A stretch of DNA of 64,000 nucleotides from Mytilus californianus. Its lineage: Eukaryota. A program made the translations under genes and the position numbers. Numbering within the stretch: the stretch's first letter is position 1; each line of letters starts with the position of its first letter. Positions 12,575-24,580 of this stretch are shown here, in pieces. The stretch spans positions 6,262,001 to 6,326,000 of the forward strand of contig NW_026262604.1 of NCBI RefSeq assembly GCF_021869535.1, given 5' to 3'. A model generated the notes under the pieces. That model saw nothing but the letters and a program-made list of their open reading frames with translations. It was not told where the DNA came from and made no database searches.

Positions 12575-14170
12575 TTATCTAGAATCTGGGACTTTGATGA
12601 GCAGAATTTTTTGTATGATCTGCAATGTATAAACTGCATGGGATATTGATAATTTTACTGATGTTAACAATGCATGTGATAATTTTAGTAAAAACTTTGT
12701 TCGGGAAGCATATAAACACGCACCTTTCAAGAAAAGAAAAAAATACCTAACATTTCCATATATGAATAAAGAACTGAAGTCAGCATTGTATAAAAAGAGA
12801 ATGTTATATAACAGGGTACAAACATTCAACAACAACAAAACTGGGAAGCTTATAGAGCTCAAAGGAATTTTGTAACAAAATTGTTAAAAAAAAATATCTG
12901 TGAACACCTACTTCATTAAAGATGTACAGACGGCCTTAATGCAAAAAATTCTGGCCTACAGTTAAACCATTTCTTACGAAACCAGCTAGTCGAATACTTC
13001 AATACACACTTTCATCCATACTTATCTGCTTTTCGAACAAAATACGGATGTTTAACTACTCTATTCCGAATCATTGAGGACTGGAAAATGGCACTTGATC
13101 AAAATAAGATAATTGGGTCAATACTAATTAATGGATCTATCTAAGGCGTTCGACTGTCTTCCTCACGATCTTCTGCTGCTATAGCTTGAAGCTTATGGTC
13201 TTTCAACTTCCTCTTTAGAACTGATCAAAAATTACTTATCTAACAGGAAACAATGTATTCGAGATGGCTCTCGTCTGAGCAATTGGCAAAATATACAAAG
13301 GAGTACCACAAGGTTCTATTCTTGCATGTCTTGGTCATACTCTTTTCAACATCTGCTCAAATGATATCTTTACCTTCACCACACACAGTTGTTCACTTTA
13401 CAATTATGCTGACGACAACACATTTTCTTATGCAAATACAGATATAAACAAAGTTATTTCCACACTTGAAAAAGACAGTTTGGCTCTGACTGGTTTACTT
13501 CCAATCAAATGAAGGCAAACCCACGAAAATTTTAAGAACCATGGCAATATAGGTATCGAGAACATTCAATAATGAAAATCCAGTATACCTCCATGATTTA
13601 ATAAACATCAAAGAAACAAAATATTCTTTAAGATATTAAAACTTAGCTCAAATACCTGCTGTAAGAACTACAAGGTGTGGCTTGAAATCCTTCAGATATT
13701 CTGCTGCCAAATTATGGAATAAGTTGCCAAACCACTTTAGAGCTGAAGCATCTTTTACCCAATTCAAATTAAGCGTCTAATAAACTCATGGAATGGCAAC
13801 TCATGCCATTGCAATGCATGTGCTAAGTATTTATTTTTATGTTTTATGTTACAGCTTTGAAACATAATAGTGCTGCTTTTTTGTGTTTGTTTACTAAGCT
13901 TGTTATAATTTGTTATTGTTGTGCTTTAGTTTTTATGTTGCTTTTAGCTTAATGTTCATTCATGTATATAATATAAAGTATTTAAATTAGTCCAGCATAA
14001 ATGTGCATGAAATGTATGTTCTATGTCTTTAATGTTTTTATATTAGTATTGTGTTCGATTATTGTGTAAATGTATGTATTTGTCGGTTATAAAAGCTCAA
14101 AGAGCTTATGTTTATTTGTTATATGACAAGCCAACTTTAAATAAAGCTTTGAATTGAATTGAATTGAATT
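12575..14170 (+). mobile_element. Decayed CR1/L2-group LINE (APE-RT linker, RT core, C-terminus, (TTGAA)n tail) with internal deletions
   Basis: Frameshifted peptides HAPFKK..PYMNKELK, MDLSKAFDCLPH, GVPQGSIL, YNYADDNT, NQMKANP and SFRYSAAKLWNKLP; AATAAA then TTGAATTGAATT at 14140-14170. Confidence 0.9.
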
Positions 14171-14289
14171 ATCACCTTCATACAATAACAAACATCAAGT
14201 TTCAAACAATTATTACCTTCATACAATTAACAAACATGAAGTTTCGGACATTTATCTCCATTCTACAGTTAACACACATCAAGAGGTTT

Positions 14290-14485
14290 AGCTATAGGTA
14301 TAAAACCAGGTTTTAATCAACCGTTTTTTAAATAAAAAATGCCTGTACCAAGTCAGGAATATGACAGTTGATTCGTTTGATGTGTTTGAGCTTTTGATAA
14401 TACCATTTGATAAGGGAATGTCCTTTTTTGAATTTTCCTCAGAGTTCTGTATTTTTGTAATTTTTGTTTTTATCACCATCTTCAA
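14290..14485 (+). repeat. Interspersed repeat (class unknown); second copy inverted at ~50350-50690
   Basis: AAAACCAGG...AAAATGCCTGTACCAAGTCAGGAATATGACAGTTG...GTGTTTGAGCTTTTGA matches the reverse complement of 50390-50490. Confidence 0.7.
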
Positions 14486-14576
14486 TTAACAAACATTCAG
14501 TTTTCGAACGTTTATCACCATCATATGCATACAATTTACAAACATCAAGTTTCGAACATTTATTACATTCGTACAA

Positions 14577-16634
14577 TTAGCAAACATCAAGTTTCAAACG
14601 CTTATCATTATCATGTGTTTTTATGTGTCTTTGTAGGTTATAATCCGTAGGAAATCCTTTGCCACAAATACTACAGTGCTGAAGATTGCCAGAATGTCTT
14701 TTCAAATGAGTCCGTAGGTTAGATTTTCTATTAAACTGTTTGCCACATACATCACATGTATGCATTCCATCACCAGTGTGTAATTTCATGTGCATCCTTA
14801 GAGTATCTTTACTACACAACCCTTGACCACAAACAGCACACTTAAAAGGTTTGTCATCATTATGTGTATGAGTTCTTATGTGTCTCTCCAAGGTATGTGT
14901 ATGAGTTCTTATGTGTCTCTCTAAGGTATGTTTCTGACCAAATTCTTTACCACATGCTCTGCACGTGTACGGTTTATCACCATTGTGTGTTCTCATGTGC
15001 TTCTTTACGTATTTTTTCAGTCTGAAACTTTGATCACATAATTGACATTGATAAGGCTTATCACCCGTATGTAATGTCAAATGTGTCTTTAAATCATCTT
15101 TTCGACCAAAACTATTACCACACTTTTCACATTTATACGGTTTATCATCAGTATGTGTTATCATATGTCTTTTCATTGCTTGATTTTCGCTGAACATTTT
15201 ACCACACAGATCACATTGATACGGTTTTTCTCCAGTATGTGTTCTCATGTGTGTTTTTAAAAAAAATGAATACTTAAACCGCTTTTCACAAAACGCACAC
15301 TTATGAGGTTTCGCATCACTGTGTTTTCTCATGTGTTTCTGTAAGAAGTAGGAATCATGAAACCGTTTACCACACACATTACACTGTCTAGCTTTGTGAT
15401 TTCTTATGTGTTTCTGAAACTGCAGTTTATTTTTAAACCCTACACCACACACATCACACAGATAAGAGATGAAATCAGCGTGTGTTTTTATGTGTGACTG
15501 TAAGAAATCACTACGATCAAACCCTAAACCACATAAAAAACAATCATAAGGTCTATCAACGTGTGTCCTCATGTGGTCCTGTAGGTGTTGTTTGTCGGTA
15601 AACTTTTCACCACACACAGCACATGTGTAAGGTTTATAAACAATATGTGTTCTTATGGGATTCTGTATGTGTTCAGTAAAGATCGTTAACTTTTCATCAC
15701 ATAAAATATATGTACGAGGTTTATAAACAACGTGTGTCCTCGTGTGGTCCTGTAGGTGTTGTTTGTCGGTAAACTTTTTACCACACACAGTACATGTGTG
15801 GGGTTTATTAATAATATGTTTTCTTGTGTGCTCCTGTAAGTGCTCTTTCGTAGTAAATGATTCATTACATACTATGCATGCATGTCGTTTATTAACATTA
15901 TGTATTCTCGTGTGTTCCTGCAAATGATCATGAATTGTAAACGTTTCACCACACACAGCACATGTGTGAGGTTTATCAACAATATGTTTTCTTGTGTGTT
16001 CCTGCAAGTGCTCTTTCTTAGTAAACTTTTCATTACATACAGTACATGTATGAGGCTTATACACAACATGTATTCTCATGTGATTATGTAGGTGCTTTTT
16101 CTCAGCAAACTTTTCATGACAAACAACACATGTGTGAGGTTTTTCAACAATATGGATTTTCATGTGTTCTTGAAAGTGATCATTCTCAGTAAACTTTTCC
16201 CCACATACAGTACATGTGTGAGTTTTGTTAACAATATGTATTCTCATGTGATTCTGTATTTGTTCCTTCTCAGTTATCTTTTCATCGCATACAATATGTG
16301 TAGGAGGTTTATATACAATATGTATTTTCATGTGTTTCTGAAAGTGTTCATTAATTGTAAACTTCTCACCACACACAGCACATGTGTAAGGTTTATCAAC
16401 AATATGTTTTTTCCTGTGTTCCTGTAAGTGCTCTTTCGTAGTAAATCTTTCACCACATACAGTACATATATGTGGTTTTTTGACAAAATGAATTTTCATG
16501 TGATTCTGTAAGAGTTCTTTCTCTGTAAACCTTTCATGACAATGACCACATACATGAAATGTCTGAGGTTTATGAACAATAACTATTCTCATGTCTTTTG
16601 TAGGTTTTACCTTGGGCTGAATTCTTCGATACAT
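14577..16634 (-). CDS. C2H2 zinc-finger protein ZNF-B (685 aa; 23 finger units, 21 with intact Cys/His ligands)
   Basis: Uninterrupted ORF. The N-terminal 12 units have IVxKP-type linkers; the C-terminal 11 have more canonical TGEKP/TGDKP linkers. Upstream acceptor TATATTTTCAG near 17031. Confidence 0.92.
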   Translation of the reverse strand: MYRRIQPKVKPTKDMRIVIVHKPQTFHVCGHCHERFTEKELLQNHMKIHFVKKPHICTVCGERFTTKEHLQEHRKKHIVDKPYTCAVCGEKFTINEHFQKHMKIHIVYKPPTHIVCDEKITEKEQIQNHMRIHIVNKTHTCTVCGEKFTENDHFQEHMKIHIVEKPHTCVVCHEKFAEKKHLHNHMRIHVVYKPHTCTVCNEKFTKKEHLQEHTRKHIVDKPHTCAVCGETFTIHDHLQEHTRIHNVNKRHACIVCNESFTTKEHLQEHTRKHIINKPHTCTVCGKKFTDKQHLQDHTRTHVVYKPRTYILCDEKLTIFTEHIQNPIRTHIVYKPYTCAVCGEKFTDKQHLQDHMRTHVDRPYDCFLCGLGFDRSDFLQSHIKTHADFISYLCDVCGVGFKNKLQFQKHIRNHKARQCNVCGKRFHDSYFLQKHMRKHSDAKPHKCAFCEKRFKYSFFLKTHMRTHTGEKPYQCDLCGKMFSENQAMKRHMITHTDDKPYKCEKCGNSFGRKDDLKTHLTLHTGDKPYQCQLCDQSFRLKKYVKKHMRTHNGDKPYTCRACGKEFGQKHTLERHIRTHTHTLERHIRTHTHNDDKPFKCAVCGQGLCSKDTLRMHMKLHTGDGMHTCDVCGKQFNRKSNLRTHLKRHSGNLQHCSICGKGFPTDYNLQRHIKTHDNDKRLKLDVC

Positions 16635-17047
16635 ACTTCCAAAATTGTAAGTTTATCACTTATATAAATGTTTATGTGTGCCTCTTATTTGCATAATTTC
16701 TTCTTTCTTCTCCACAATAGAAATTACTAATTTATATGTTTCCTATGCAGTGTCATGAGCATGACATCTCATGGGTGATTGTGTTGAGTCCTCTGTATTC
16801 TAGTCAAGAAAAATTCTTGTTGACATTACCTTCGTTATATTAAATAAATTGTCCAATATCAGACCTTCAGCATTGGTTTGTACTTCCATCAAACAACTAA
16901 ATTGTCGATATTATAATTTTATGTTTCTTTCTTTTCGTATCTATAAATGGACATCTTTAACTGATCTGTTGCCTATTGGTGGCATCAACCGTGGATCTCA
17001 TTTCATGACATTCAGCAAACTAATAATTGGCTGAAAATATATAAAAG

Positions 17048-18037
17048 AATAAATTGCTTCGCTGAGCGCAGCTGTCCAACCCTGAAAAGTTGGGGCCAAA
17101 ATGGACACAATATTCACGCTTGACACAGGTCTGAATTTGGATTGTAATTAAATTTTTGACACATAATAGGTTTCTGACACAGAATAACTGTAGTCAAAGA
17201 ACTTCAAATTGGTTATACGATTTGAATTTATATTCAATTTTTTTGCTTTTGTGCAATACCTGAATACACTATGCGAATTGACCCCCCCAAAAAAAAATAT
17301 TTTACCCCGTTTTTTAGCGTTTGTGCAATACACTATGCTGTTGAATAATAACCACCAAAAAAAATATTTGAAGAAATTTTCTTTTAAAATCTGAAATCTA
17401 AAATTCGAAAAATTGTCCCCCTCCAATTTTTTTCACCTCCCCCTTTCATATATCAAATTAAATAAATATTTCCCTCAAGTTATGGTCAGTATCTCAGACA
17501 ATCATCATTTCGTAATACATAATTAACAAGCAGTTTAAGGGAGGTAATCAAACATTGTTATTTAAATTGATTTTGATTTTGATTTGGTTTACCTCCCTTA
17601 CACTGCTTTTAAATTGTCTCAATTGTCCTTTAACCAGAAAAACCCTTGTTTTTCCCCTTTTAGCCCCTAATTTCTAAATTGTTTGAGCCATAACCCCTCA
17701 AAGTCAATCCTAACCATCCCTTTGTAGTATGGAAACTTGTGGTATAATTTCAAAGAGATGCATACACTTTAACACAAGTTATTGTCTGGAAACTACAAAA
17801 ATGCTTATTTGGGCCCCTTTTTTGGCCCCTAATTCCTAAACAGTTGGGACCATAACCCCCAAAATCAATCCCAACCTTCCTTAAGTGGTTATAAACCTTG
17901 TGTTAAAATTTTATTGATTTCACTACAGTTATTATCCGGAAACCATCTGTCTTCAGATGACGCTGACGACAACCACGACGACAACTTGATACCAATATAC
18001 GACCAAAATTTTTTTAATTTTTGCGGTCGTATAAAAA
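17048..18037 (-). mobile_element. HINE/DINE-1-like non-autonomous Helentron derivative
   Basis: On -: T-run, TATACGACC...GGTCGTATA stem, GTC-rich microsatellite; 3' hairpin GCTGCGCTCAGCGAAGC. Confidence 0.75.
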
Positions 18038-18504
18038 TTGAGAATATTAGGACTCAAATTTGCTCTAGGTCTTATACCACCAGTCATAGTATGTCCCATC
18101 AAGAAAAAGGGTGGGAAAAAAATATTCCATCGAATTTGGCAATTGTAGGTTATTACAAAATGTAATCCTACATTCCTTTCAAAGCACTATTCTTTTTTAT
18201 TTGGTGTTTCTATAGAATAATATGGAAATTTTAGGTTACATTGTTTTTTTCATCATTGAATACAGGGGAAAAAAGTTATCATTAATACAATGGCATTTCA
18301 AAATCTATAAAACTCATCAGTAACAAGAAATAATTGTAACAGAATGCTGTAACGAAGTCTCCCAAACAAAGCTCCAATAATTCGCCATTCCCATTGTCGC
18401 TTGACATTTGGCAATGTCCAGTACAAATTGGTTTATGATATGCATTAGTGACGCCCATGGATTGACCCTGTATGTCATTCAAATCTTCTTGAAATTATGA
18501 ACAG

Positions 18505-19100
18505 GAATTTATATGGTTTAGGGGTGGAGATCTCGACCGTTTACAAGTTCTCAAAGGAGGGGTGTGATCCCCAGGGGACTCTCCCCTTATTTCATATGAT
18601 TTGTTTTTATTTGTCCCATACAAGTATATATATGGTTTAGGGGTGGGGATCTCGACCGTTTACAAGTTCTTAAACAGGAGGGGGTGGGGGTGACCCCAGG
18701 GGACTAGCCTTATATTTCATTTGATTTGTTTTATGGTCCCATACAAGAATATATATGGTTTCAGCGTTGGGATCTTGACCGTTTACAAGTTTTCAAAAAA
18801 AAAGGGGTGGGGGTTACCCCATGGAATTTCCCCTTAATTTCATTTGATTTGTTTTATTGTCCCATTCAAGAATATATACCGGTAATATGGTTTAAGGGTG
18901 GGGATCTAGACCGTTTACAAGTTATCAAAAAGATGGGGGTGGGGGTGAACCAGGGAATCCCCAAATATTTCATTTGATTTGTTTTACTGTCCCATACAAG
19001 AATATATATGGTTTAGGGGTGGGGATCTCAACCATTTACAAGATAAAAGCACATTCTCAAATTGAAGGGGGGTGGGGGTAAGAATATATATGGTTTAGGG
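18505..19100. repeat. ~122-bp tandem repeat, ~5 copies, G-tract rich
   Basis: ATATGGTTTAGGGGTGGGGATCTCGACCGTTTACAAG recurs at ~18511, 18630, 18753, 18885 and 19006, with a partial copy at 19087. Confidence 0.85.
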
Positions 19101-19804
19101 AGACTTAATTATCTACAATATGTCTAATAATGAACAGTTTATTTCAAATTTCATTTATACAGTCCTACTAGTAAATTTCAAACTTTATATATACAGTCCT
19201 ACAGATCTTATCAGGAAACAGAAAATTTTCAAATAAATCTGTCACTCCAATGATATTATATGCTAAGATATAACCAAGATCTAATTAATAGCTAATAATG
19301 TAATTAACTTCAAGATTTCTAATAATATTGCTTATAATCATTACCACTTAGGAAATAAATAATTTTCAAATAAATCTGTCACTCCAATTTTTATTGTGAG
19401 ATAAGACATTATGCTTAGTCATAAAAAAAGATAACAAGAGTAAAATATTTAAAAATTCCAGTTTTGGATATTAAAAATGGCGATAACTCACAAAGGAGAT
19501 ATACTAAAATCTTGAAAATTGAATTAGACCTTCATTAAGCCCCAGGAAACAACATATTTAAATTTGAAAAAAAATTGTTAAAGCGTTTTCATGTTATTGT
19601 GCTGACACTGTTTGGCAGCTGCCCGACACAGATATTGCTGATATAACTGATGATATAAGTTTCATAAAATTCTGGCAAAAATGGTACACATCAGATGACT
19701 AACAATACATTTTTTCACATGATCAATATTTCCAAGGGACATAACTCTTTTAAAATAAATTGATCTGGACCAATATTCAAATTTCTCTCAGACATTTCAT
19801 ATAA

Positions 19805-20034
19805 GGCCAAATAACAAAAGATGTGTGTTTCCTATTACCCTATCCTCCCTATTTTTTAAGCTCAAAAATAGCCTACCCTAAAGTTTTTTTGGTTATTTTT
19901 CAATAAGCACTTTTAAGTCAGAATGTCCCTCAATGTAAAAAAAAAATGGTAAAATAAAAAAAATCCCTACCTACCTACCTACCCTATTTTTTTCAAAGAT
20001 GTAATAGAAAACACACATTTTATATTTTTTGGCC
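19805..20034. mobile_element. MITE with GGCC termini and TAA TSD (Zator- or PIF/Harbinger-type)
   Basis: TIR GGCCAAATAA..AAGATGTGTGTTTCCTATTAC / GTAATAGAAAACACACAT..TTTGGCC; TAA on both sides; second copy at 58165-58392. Confidence 0.85.
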
Positions 20035-20424
20035 TAATTTAAATTTCATAAAAATCTGGCAACAATTGTACACATGAGAATGCTAACAACACATGAACAA
20101 TGAAAATTTTCGTAAAATCAATATTTACAAGGGCGTTACAACTGTTTTTTAAAATAATTGATCTTCACTGATTTTGGAATAGGTCAAAGACATTGCTGAA
20201 AACCTATGATCATGATGATATAGGCTTCTAACAAGACTGGATGGATACACAGATGGACGGCTTATATTTCTATATCTCCCCCATAACACATTCACGAGGA
20301 ACAACAACCAAATTGCAGATTGTAAATAGAATTTATCAGATGTGGATCCAGGATTTTGACAATAATCTGCCTCTGTTTATATGACTTTGAGTTCTATTTT
20401 TTTTTTTTATTTATTTAAAAATAA

Positions 20425-21738
20425 ACTGTTAACACAGAGATATGTCTCGCCTATTTGTTATTTTGATAATGCAAATGTTGAAATTAAAAGAGCAATACAT
20501 GTAAGTTATGCAAATATTCAAAGTCAATGAACCATGACTGAAGGTACAGGGCTAAACAATCTCCATGGAAATGAGATGTGCCAATGCTAATACAACTGCA
20601 AACCAAATACCATTGACTTTTCATAAGTCGGTCCCTTTCAACAAACCTAAACACAAACATTAACTTGTAAACTATGTAAAAGTTTCAAAGTCAATGAACC
20701 ATAATTAGGGGGTGGGGTTATATAATCTCCATGGAAATGAAACTTGCAAATGCCAATACATTTGCATACCGATTATCATTGACTTAACATTAGTGGTTCA
20801 TCTTAAACTGACCTAATCACAAACCAATACATGTAAACTAAGCAAAAGTTTCAAAGTCAATAGCCCATGACTAAAGGGTAAGGACCAAATATTCTCCATG
20901 GAAATGAGATGTGCTAATGCTTATACAACTGCATACCAATTATCATTGACCTACCTTTAACAGTGGCGGATCTAGAAATTTTCATAAGTGGGGCCCACTG
21001 ACTGCCTAAGTGGGGGCCCACTCCAGTCATGCTTCAGTGATTCCCTATATAATCAACCAAATGTTTTCCCCAAAAAGGGGGGCCCGGGCCCCCTGAAAAA
21101 CCCTCTAAATGCACCCCTGACTAACAGTTACCCTTAAACTGACCTAATCACAAACTAATACATGAAAACTAAGCAAAAGTTTCAAAGTCAATAGACCATG
21201 AATGAGGGGACGGGGTCAAATAATCTCCATGGAAATGAGATATGCCAATGCTTATACAACTGCATACCAAATATCATTGACCTACCACTAGTGGTTCCCC
21301 ATAAACTGACCTAATCACAAACTAATACATGTTAACGTAGCAAAATTTTCAAAGTCAATAGACCTTGACTGAGGGGTTAGGGCTAAATAATCTCCATGGT
21401 AATGAGATGTGCCAATGTTAATACAACTGCATACCAAATATCATTGACCTACCATTAGTGGTTCCCCATAAACTGACCTAATCACAAACTAATACATGTA
21501 AACTAAGCAGTTTCAAAGTCAATAGACCTTGACTGAGGGGGCGGGGCCAAATAATCTCCATGGTAATGAGATGTGGCAATGCTAATACAACTGCATACCA
21601 AATATCATCGACCTACCACCAGTTGTTTACCATGAACTAGACCTAATCACAAACTAATACATTGTGGACGCTGCCGCCGTCGCCGGAAACAGCATGCCTA
21701 TGTCTCGGGTTTTGACTCTGTCAAGGCGAGACAAAAAA
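20425..21738 (-). mobile_element. HINE carrying ~7 tandem ~166-bp core units
   Basis: 5' end on -: TTTTTTGTCTCGCC..., GGC microsatellite; subterminal AGGCGAGACA near 20445. Unit anchors at ~20495, 20662, 20827, 21158 (after a 159-bp insertion), 21325, 21492 and 21657. Confidence 0.88.
20961..21119. mobile_element. CAGTGGCGGATC MITE inserted into a HINE core unit
   Basis: Interrupts the otherwise regular 166-bp period by ~160 bp. Confidence 0.85.
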
Positions 21739-22039
21739 GGGAGAGACCATATAATTCTTTAAAATTAGAAGTTAGCAAAATAAACAAACACATGAGTTTC
21801 ATTTGATACGGTTCACTCATTTACACAGTTTACATGTAAATCACCTATTGTTGGCGATGTTTATTGTCCATCTTTTGTCAATTAATTTAAATTAATACAA
21901 CTCACAACATGTAAATGTATTATATGAGAGAGCTTCTCAAACTTCTTTCCCACTAAGTTCATTTTGGGACCTTCTGTAGGAACAAAAAAAAAATGAATAG
22001 CAAAATCTAGTAAAGTTTTTAATATTCTGAAACTTTAAA

Positions 22040-22460
22040 TGCATTTAAATTTTATTTATCTAGGTCCAGCCATACTCTAAAACTTTTCTATTGAGATGAA
22101 CAGGTTTGTCTGTACTCAGGGTGTAATTTGTAGTGCAAATACGGCCATATTTGCGAAAAGGTTATGATGAACCTTAACAAATGAATCATTTTCCATTGAC
22201 ATAAAATTGTAAGACTATATAAAATATCATTGATCTATAAGCATGATAAGTATCACAAGTATATCCTATCAAACTAACTTCCAGCTAAGCAGGAAACTTA
22301 AATTATATTGAAAATTGCTAATTAAGGTTCATATGATTATAATCTTTTTGCTAATATGGCCATATTTACACCACAAATTTAACTCTGAGTACAGACAAAC
22401 CTGTGCACAGGGAGAAGTTTTAAGGCATGGCAGGATCTAGATAAAGTTCGTCATTTTCTG
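22040..22460. mobile_element. MITE with long imperfect TIRs
   Basis: ACAGGTTTGTCTGTACTCAG...GGCCATATT mirrored by AATATGGCC...CTGAGTACAGACAAACCTGT; related arms at ~27880-27975, 34180-34290, 34610-34715, 35295-35385 and 36235-36300. Confidence 0.65.
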
Positions 22461-22797
22461 AAACATAGACTTCATATAGTCCACATAATTATAACGTCTT
22501 GAAAGGCTATTAGTATTATATTTTTTTTTTTATTTTTCTTTGATGCCCTACAAATCGCTGTATGGCGTCAAAGCAACAAAAAAAAATAGCCTTCGAAGAC
22601 GTCATAATTATTGGGATTAAGACTACATATAACTTTTATAACGTCGCTGTACCCAAATTGCACCGAGTTACTGTCAGAGTACCCAAATTGCACCTATTCA
22701 ACATAAACAGCTGAGAAATTCCTAAAAGTTTTCTTTGAGACTAAACAATTTGTATTTTGATTATTTGACATTATACACGTCTTACAAACTAGGCGAA

Positions 22798-23168
22798 CAG
22801 GGGCAGATCCAGCCATTTTAAAAGGAAGGGGTTCCCAACCCAGGAGAAAGGGGGGTTCCAACCATATGTCCCCATCAAGGATCCGGAAATTTTTCCAGAC
22901 AATTTCGGTCATTTTGAGATGTTTGAAAAGTTGGTGCCCCTTTTCAAATTGTCGATATCAACTTGACTATATTCATAGCTTCAACGAACATGACGAACTT
23001 GTATTGCTGTTTCATCGCATTTACTAAGTAAATGTCTCACCATTACCATGAAGGACAGTTTAGGGAAGGCAACTCCCCATTCAAATGCATTGATCGGCCA
23101 AAAAAAAGGGGGGTTCCAACCCCCGGAACCCCGGAACCCCCCCCCCCCCCCCCCTGGATCTGCCACTG
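22798..23168. mobile_element. CAGGGGCAGATCC MITE with 5-bp TSD and ~180-bp internal insertion
   Basis: Flanks GCGAA/GTGAA; interior related to the 8888 copy but interrupted at ~22885-23065. Confidence 0.75.
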
Positions 23169-23399
23169 GTGAATGTATTCAAATATACACTAAACCTTCA
23201 CAGTTTATATCAACAAATTAAGCTTTCACTGGAAAAGAAAAATGTACGAAAACGCTGCCATGCGACGTTCACAAAAAGTCATCTTTTTAAAAATGAACAA
23301 AAAAATATGTTACCAAGCATCCATTTAAAAAAAAAAGAAGAGTGAGCATGTACTAATTTTTTCAAATTGTTCTAAATATTTGAAAAAATAAAACAAAAC

Positions 23400-24450
23400 A
23401 AACCATCAGGTGGCATGCTTGTATTTATAAAAGCCAAATTTAAAAATGTAATTTCTGAAATAAAACGGAACAACTTCTCAATATGGTTAAAAATAGATGG
23501 AACTTTTCTCAATTTGGAGAAAGACATTTTTCTATGTTTTACCTACATCAAACCATATATCAATGTATATTAATAAGGATATTTCTGAACTGACATTCAC
23601 AAAAATGGAAAATGATATTTCTTTTTTCTTATCTAAAGGTGAGGTGATTTTAAGTGGTGATTTTAACACACGCACAGGAGGGTTAAATGACTTTATTCAA
23701 AATGATGGTGTTATAATGACAATTTTACAAACTAGCTGTCCAGTACCGGAAGATTATACACCTGATTTACCCTTAGAAAGAAATCAACTAGATCAAAAAA
23801 ACAATTTACATGGGAATTTACTAGTGAATATCTGCAAGTCCTCTCAAATGAGAATTGTGAAAGGAAGATTCCTTGGTGACTCACTTGGCTACTTTACATT
23901 TTATAATAGTAATGGTAAGAGCACAGTAGATTATATGTTGACATCACAGAATTTATTTTATACTATCAATAATTTTATGGTAAAACCACCTTAACAATGA
24001 GCTGATCTAATAGCATTGAATATTTTTAATTTTAAAAATTCTAAAGAAATAAATAAGGAAGAACTATATATATATATGGTCCCTTCCTGGTACTTTTAAA
24101 TGAACCGATCAGAGCAAGGACATTTATCTATCTAAAATAAAAGATGGAAACTGTGGTAAACTTTTATTTTTTAGTAAAATTTATACTAAATTTAAACAAC
24201 AAGAATATTTGAACTTTAATGTTCCTAAATATCTTAGAAAAAAAACTCACTAAATTAAGAATAAGTGCACACTCATTAGCAATAGAAACTGGTAGGTAAA
24301 CAAGACCAATAATACCCTCTAATGAGAGAGTTTGTAAATTTTGCACAGGAAAAATTGAAAATGAGATACATTTCTTGATTGAATGTCCTCAATATAACAA
24401 AATTAGATCTAAATATTGTGTGTTTTAAGTAAAATTTAGAATAATCGTGC
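23400..24450 (+). mobile_element. APE-type non-LTR retrotransposon remnant: endonuclease joined directly to C-terminal CCHC region, RT absent
   Basis: Peptides SGGMLVFIK, WLKID, GDFNTRTG, GKSTVDY, then LRISAHSLAIETGR and RVCKFC..IENEIHFLIECPQYNKIR; junction near 24135. Confidence 0.85.
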
Positions 24451-24580
24451 TGTATATGTGTATGGTATCAATATGAGTTTAGAATGTAATGGTATTCATA
24501 TAAATATACTTAGAATGTTATGGTATCCATAGAATTTACTTATGACTTGTTGTTACATGCATCTATATTTCATTTATATG

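Noticed and set aside
12575-12862. 95-aa minus-strand hydrophobic ORF
   Set aside because: It is the antisense of the LINE APE-RT linker region.
15742-16427. Several + strand ORFs and the similar ORFs at 10310, 43827 and 43930
   Set aside because: Antisense or alternate-frame shadows of the ZF repeats.
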